This document shows positions 34,274-35,642 of a DNA stretch of 35,642 nt, piece after piece. The stretch is from Octopus sinensis (Eukaryota). The position numbers were made by a program, and so were the translations under genes. Under the pieces are notes generated by a model. The model searched no databases and was not told the origin of the DNA. It was given only the letters and a program-made list of their open reading frames with translations. The stretch spans positions 1 through 35,642 of the forward strand of contig NW_021828069.1 in the NCBI RefSeq assembly GCF_006345805.1, in the 5' to 3' direction. Every line of letters starts with the position of its first letter. The first letter of the stretch is position 1.

Positions 34274-35524
34274 TCAGGTCATCTCATAAGTTCTGTCCGA
34301 ATTTTGAATCAAGAAAACAAGTGATCAAACGTTATGTTTAATTGAAATTTAATCACCAATGTACTTACCCTGATTATCTATAACCTCCTTCCATCTATTT
34401 GCAAGCTTTTTAATCCCATCAATGTAAAACTCTTTTGGTTTCAAAGCGAAGGACTCTGAAATTTCAGTTTCGACCGCCTCCTGGCTTGCGAAAGTTATGT
34501 CCCCCAAATGACTCTATAAACTACGAAACAAATAATAGTCTGAAGGAGCAAGGTCGGGAGAAGGTGAATGAGGAATTTTTTCCCAACCAATCTCTTCAAT
34601 CTTCTCTGATGTGATCTTTGCAGTGTGGGGTCCTGATGAAACATCAATCCTTTTCGATTCACTAAAGTGGGTCTTTTTTTCTTCAAAGCTTGATTCAAAC
34701 GCTCTAATTGCTGACAGTGGACTTGAGCAATATATTGCTGCATTAGGTGGTAACAATTCAAAGCGAATTACTCCTTTGCAATCCTACCAAATAGAGAGAA
34801 GAACCTTTTTCCCATGAAATTCCCTTCTCGGTTGTAGTTGACCTTTTTCCCTTTTACCAAGCCACAGTTTACGACATTTAACATTTCGATAGAAGATCCA
34901 TTTTTCGTCACTAGTCGCAAGTCTATCCAAAAAGGGTGAAATGAGTTCGCGAGAATGAAGAGAATAGCAGATGACAACTCGGGATTCACGGTTGCTTTCG
35001 GACAATTCATGAGGCACCCATTTTCCAAGTTTAGGAACCTTTCAAAGTTGTTGAAAATGACGATGAACAGCTGTATGCTCTGAACTAAGCTTTATTGCCA
35101 ATTCTTCAACAGATAATGTAGGATTTTCTTCAAGTAATGCCTCAAGGAGCTTATCATCAAACTCAACTGGACGTCCTGTTCAATCTTCATCTTCAAGGCT
35201 GAAATCTCCACTTCTGAATTTTGCACACCATCTTCTGCAAGTTCTTTCATTCAAGCATAAAAAGAGTGTATGTTTCGAGTAGCTTCGGCTGCAGAATTGC
35301 CTTTTTTGTACTCATAAAGCATTATGTGCCTCAAATGCTCTTTGAATAGTTCCATGTTAGAAACGGTTTTAATCAAAGAGATTTTAATTCTATTATTCTG
35401 CAAACTAATATTTAATTAATTTAAATATACACAAATGTCTAAAAATAATTTTTGATTCTATTAGACATTCTAAAATACTATTAAATTTCATTCAATTTTT
35501 AAAAAAGGGGAAAATCGGACAGAA
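34274..35524 (-). mobile_element. mariner-family transposon with one TIR interrupted
   Basis: TA plus TCAGGTCATCTCATAAGTTCTGTCCGA at 34274; only the inner part of the other TIR (TCGGACAGAA, 35515-35524) remains before a SINE. Confidence 0.9.
34349..35355 (-). pseudogene. mariner transposase, decayed
   Basis: MELFKEHLRHIMLYEY..., WVPHEL, TSDEKW, FHQD..PH, SPDLAPSDYYLF, ending GKYIGD*. Multiple stops and deletions. Confidence 0.92.
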
Positions 35525-35642
35525 GCACAACGCCTCAAATTTGGAGTAAGGGATTATGTTGATTACATCGACACCAGTTCGTAACGGGTACTTATTTAAT
35601 TGACTCCGAAAGGATGAAAGGCAAACTCGATACCGGCGGAAT
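35525..35642 (-). mobile_element. SINE family A, cut by window edge
   Basis: TTGATTACATCGAC...GTACTTATTTAAT...GAAAGGATGAAAGGCAAA matches ~2860-2943. Confidence 0.85.

Noticed and set aside
34349-35355. Domesticated SETMAR-like gene
   Set aside because: No SET domain, multiple stops and deletions, and a TIR is still present.

Overview
Eukaryotic, AT-rich and almost entirely repetitive DNA. The SINE families and microsatellite density suggest an octopus or other coleoid cephalopod (inference from recall, not a search), probably intronic or intergenic. No host gene, RNA gene, CRISPR array or prokaryotic system can be supported, and most ORF-track entries are translated microsatellites. The window holds three Tc1/mariner DNA transposons: a near-complete IR/DR-type DD34E Tc1, a decayed mariner, and an internally deleted rosa/DD41D-like element with D-x46-D spacing. 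It also holds a 5'-truncated CR1-type LINE, several R4/Dong-type fragments with restriction-like endonuclease (REL) motifs next to (TAA)n, several Tx1/L1-clade fragments, and many tRNA-derived SINE copies. The most interesting signals are: (i) repeated minimal hammerhead-ribozyme-like motifs in small Penelope-like remnants; (ii) two SINE-LINE 3'-tail partnerships visible within the window, one with a compensatory stem change; (iii) retroelement nests built around (AAT)n and (TA)n tracts; (iv) fold-back structures; and (v) three weak but phase-compatible exon candidates. All alignments were done by eye and boundaries are approximate.
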